Below are positions 37,640 to 38,405 of a stretch of DNA of 38,405 nucleotides, piece by piece. Below the pieces are notes generated by a model, which was not told the DNA's origin, ran no database searches, and worked only from the letters and a program-made list of their open reading frames with translations. Location of the stretch: assembly GCA_964513665.1 (NCBI GenBank), contig CAZEOE010000002.1:1-38405 (forward strand). The letters are read 5' to 3'. Numbering within the stretch: position 1 is the first letter of the stretch; every line of letters starts with the position of its first letter. The position numbers were made by a program, and so were the translations under genes. This stretch comes from Candidatus Woesearchaeota archaeon. GTDB lineage: Archaea; Nanobdellota; Nanobdellia; Pacearchaeales; GW2011-AR1.

Positions 37640-38405
37640 GCCTCTACTCCATAAATGTATTCCCACACGATGACCAGACCCGGCGCACCGTTCCCGCCTG
37701 CGCGGTTGTTGGCGTCATTGCTGGAGCGCGCTCCTGTCCCGCCGCCGCCCCAATTTTTGCCCGTAGTCCCCGCCTCGTCTGCTCCGATAACCCCGGTCGA
37801 GCGGGTATTCCCAGCCCAAAATGACGCCCCGCCAACCGATGGAGACACTTGCGTAACAGCCCAGCACGCGCCGGGGATGGACTCGGCGCCGGGGATATGG
37901 AGATCACCGCCCGTCCCGCCCGTACCGCCAGCCCCACCACCCACCGCGCCGGAACGTGGCACGGTTGCGCTTGCCGCTTCGCCATTGCCCCCTTTCCCCC
38001 CTACAACGTTGAAATGACTGCCAAATGAGCAGTTACCACCATCACCACCATTATTGTTCCCAGCCGTCGCACCTGTACCCACCGCGCCGATGGTCACAGT
38101 CTCGCTCGACCCCAACGCGGATGCAAGTATCTTTTTCTTGGCATACTCCCCACCGCCGCCGGCATTGGCACATGCCGCCTGACTGGATGCGCCTGTCACA
38201 CCTCCGCCGCCGCCGCCAGGGGCAATAGCCTCAACAATAATATAAGCAAGGTTGCTCGGTTTGTCCCAACCGCCTGAGGATGTGTACACTCTCGGACTTG
38301 CCGCCGATAGTTTTACGGGCGAGTCCGCGCTTAACAAATAGGTTTCAATCGCGGTGATTTCATCCGCCCGCTCGTTTTGATGCAACGCCAAAACGTCATC
38401 AACAA
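37636..38405 (-). CDS. glycine-rich tail fibre protein, C-terminal part (5' end runs off the window and joins 1-184 if circular)
   Basis: The frame is open to 38405; the tool start at 38391 is a TTG. Poly-Gly blocks (GGGGGGVTG, GGDGGN, GGGAGGTGGTGG) are typical of phage fibre Gly-rich domains. Confidence 0.6.
   Translation of the reverse strand, partial: VDDVLALHQNERADEITAIETYLLSADSPVKLSAASPRVYTSSGGWDKPSNLAYIIVEAIAPGGGGGGVTGASSQAACANAGGGGEYAKKKILASALGSSETVTIGAVGTGATAGNNNGGDGGNCSFGSHFNVVGGKGGNGEAASATVPRSGAVGGGAGGTGGTGGDLHIPGAESIPGACWAVTQVSPSVGGASFWAGNTRSTGVIGADEAGTTGKNWGGGGTGARSSNDANNRAGGNGAPGLVIVWEYIYGVEA

Noticed and set aside
1-38405. Search for integrase, transposase, lysogeny repressor or a recognisable endolysin
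   Set aside because: No ORF shows tyrosine-recombinase (R..H..R..Y), serine-recombinase or DDE patterns, and no lysozyme, amidase or peptidase catalytic motifs were recognised. Absence judged by eye is weak evidence and needs HMM confirmation.

Overview
The window looks like a complete tailed-phage genome of about 38.4 kb, of siphovirus type with an HK97-fold capsid. It appears to be circularly closed and linearised inside a tail gene: the minus-strand ORF cut at position 1 continues in frame at 38405.

Layout:
- Minus strand, 29.1 to 14.6 kb: early, replication and accessory genes, including DnaB helicase, a NinG-like protein, many small membrane and HTH proteins, a metallophosphoesterase and a ParB-methyltransferase fusion.
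- Minus strand, 14.6 kb to 1: structural genes in the order terS, terL, portal, Mu-F-like protein, protease-capsid fusion, connectors, an embedded glycosyltransferase/methyltransferase island, major tail protein, frameshifted chaperones and tape measure. The module wraps to 38.4-35.6 kb (Gly-rich fibre, beta-helix protein).
- Plus-strand arm, 29.9-35.6 kb: starts at a divergent promoter/operator and encodes an AT-rich HTH-nuclease moron, ERF and SSB.

Main finding: SSB is followed by ten tandem mini-cassettes of 231-437 bp at 32.1-35.6 kb. Each cassette ends in an attC-like imperfect palindrome. Each begins with GTT plus 6-9 nt that are the exact reverse complement of the bases preceding AAC in its own palindrome. 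This is the signature of integron gene cassettes. One more such cassette, carrying a GNAT-fold gene, and two decayed sites lie on the minus strand. No tyrosine recombinase is visible anywhere in the window.

Other notable items:
- a tRNA-Thr preceded by a promoter-driven, ORF-free, helix-rich region of about 620 nt (candidate large ncRNA)
- a 14-18-bp palindrome present five times
- an iteron-like cluster at 19.2-19.7 kb
- a 12-nt tandem repeat encoding an Ala/Trp repeat protein

All family names are motif-level recognition from the translations. No database search was possible.
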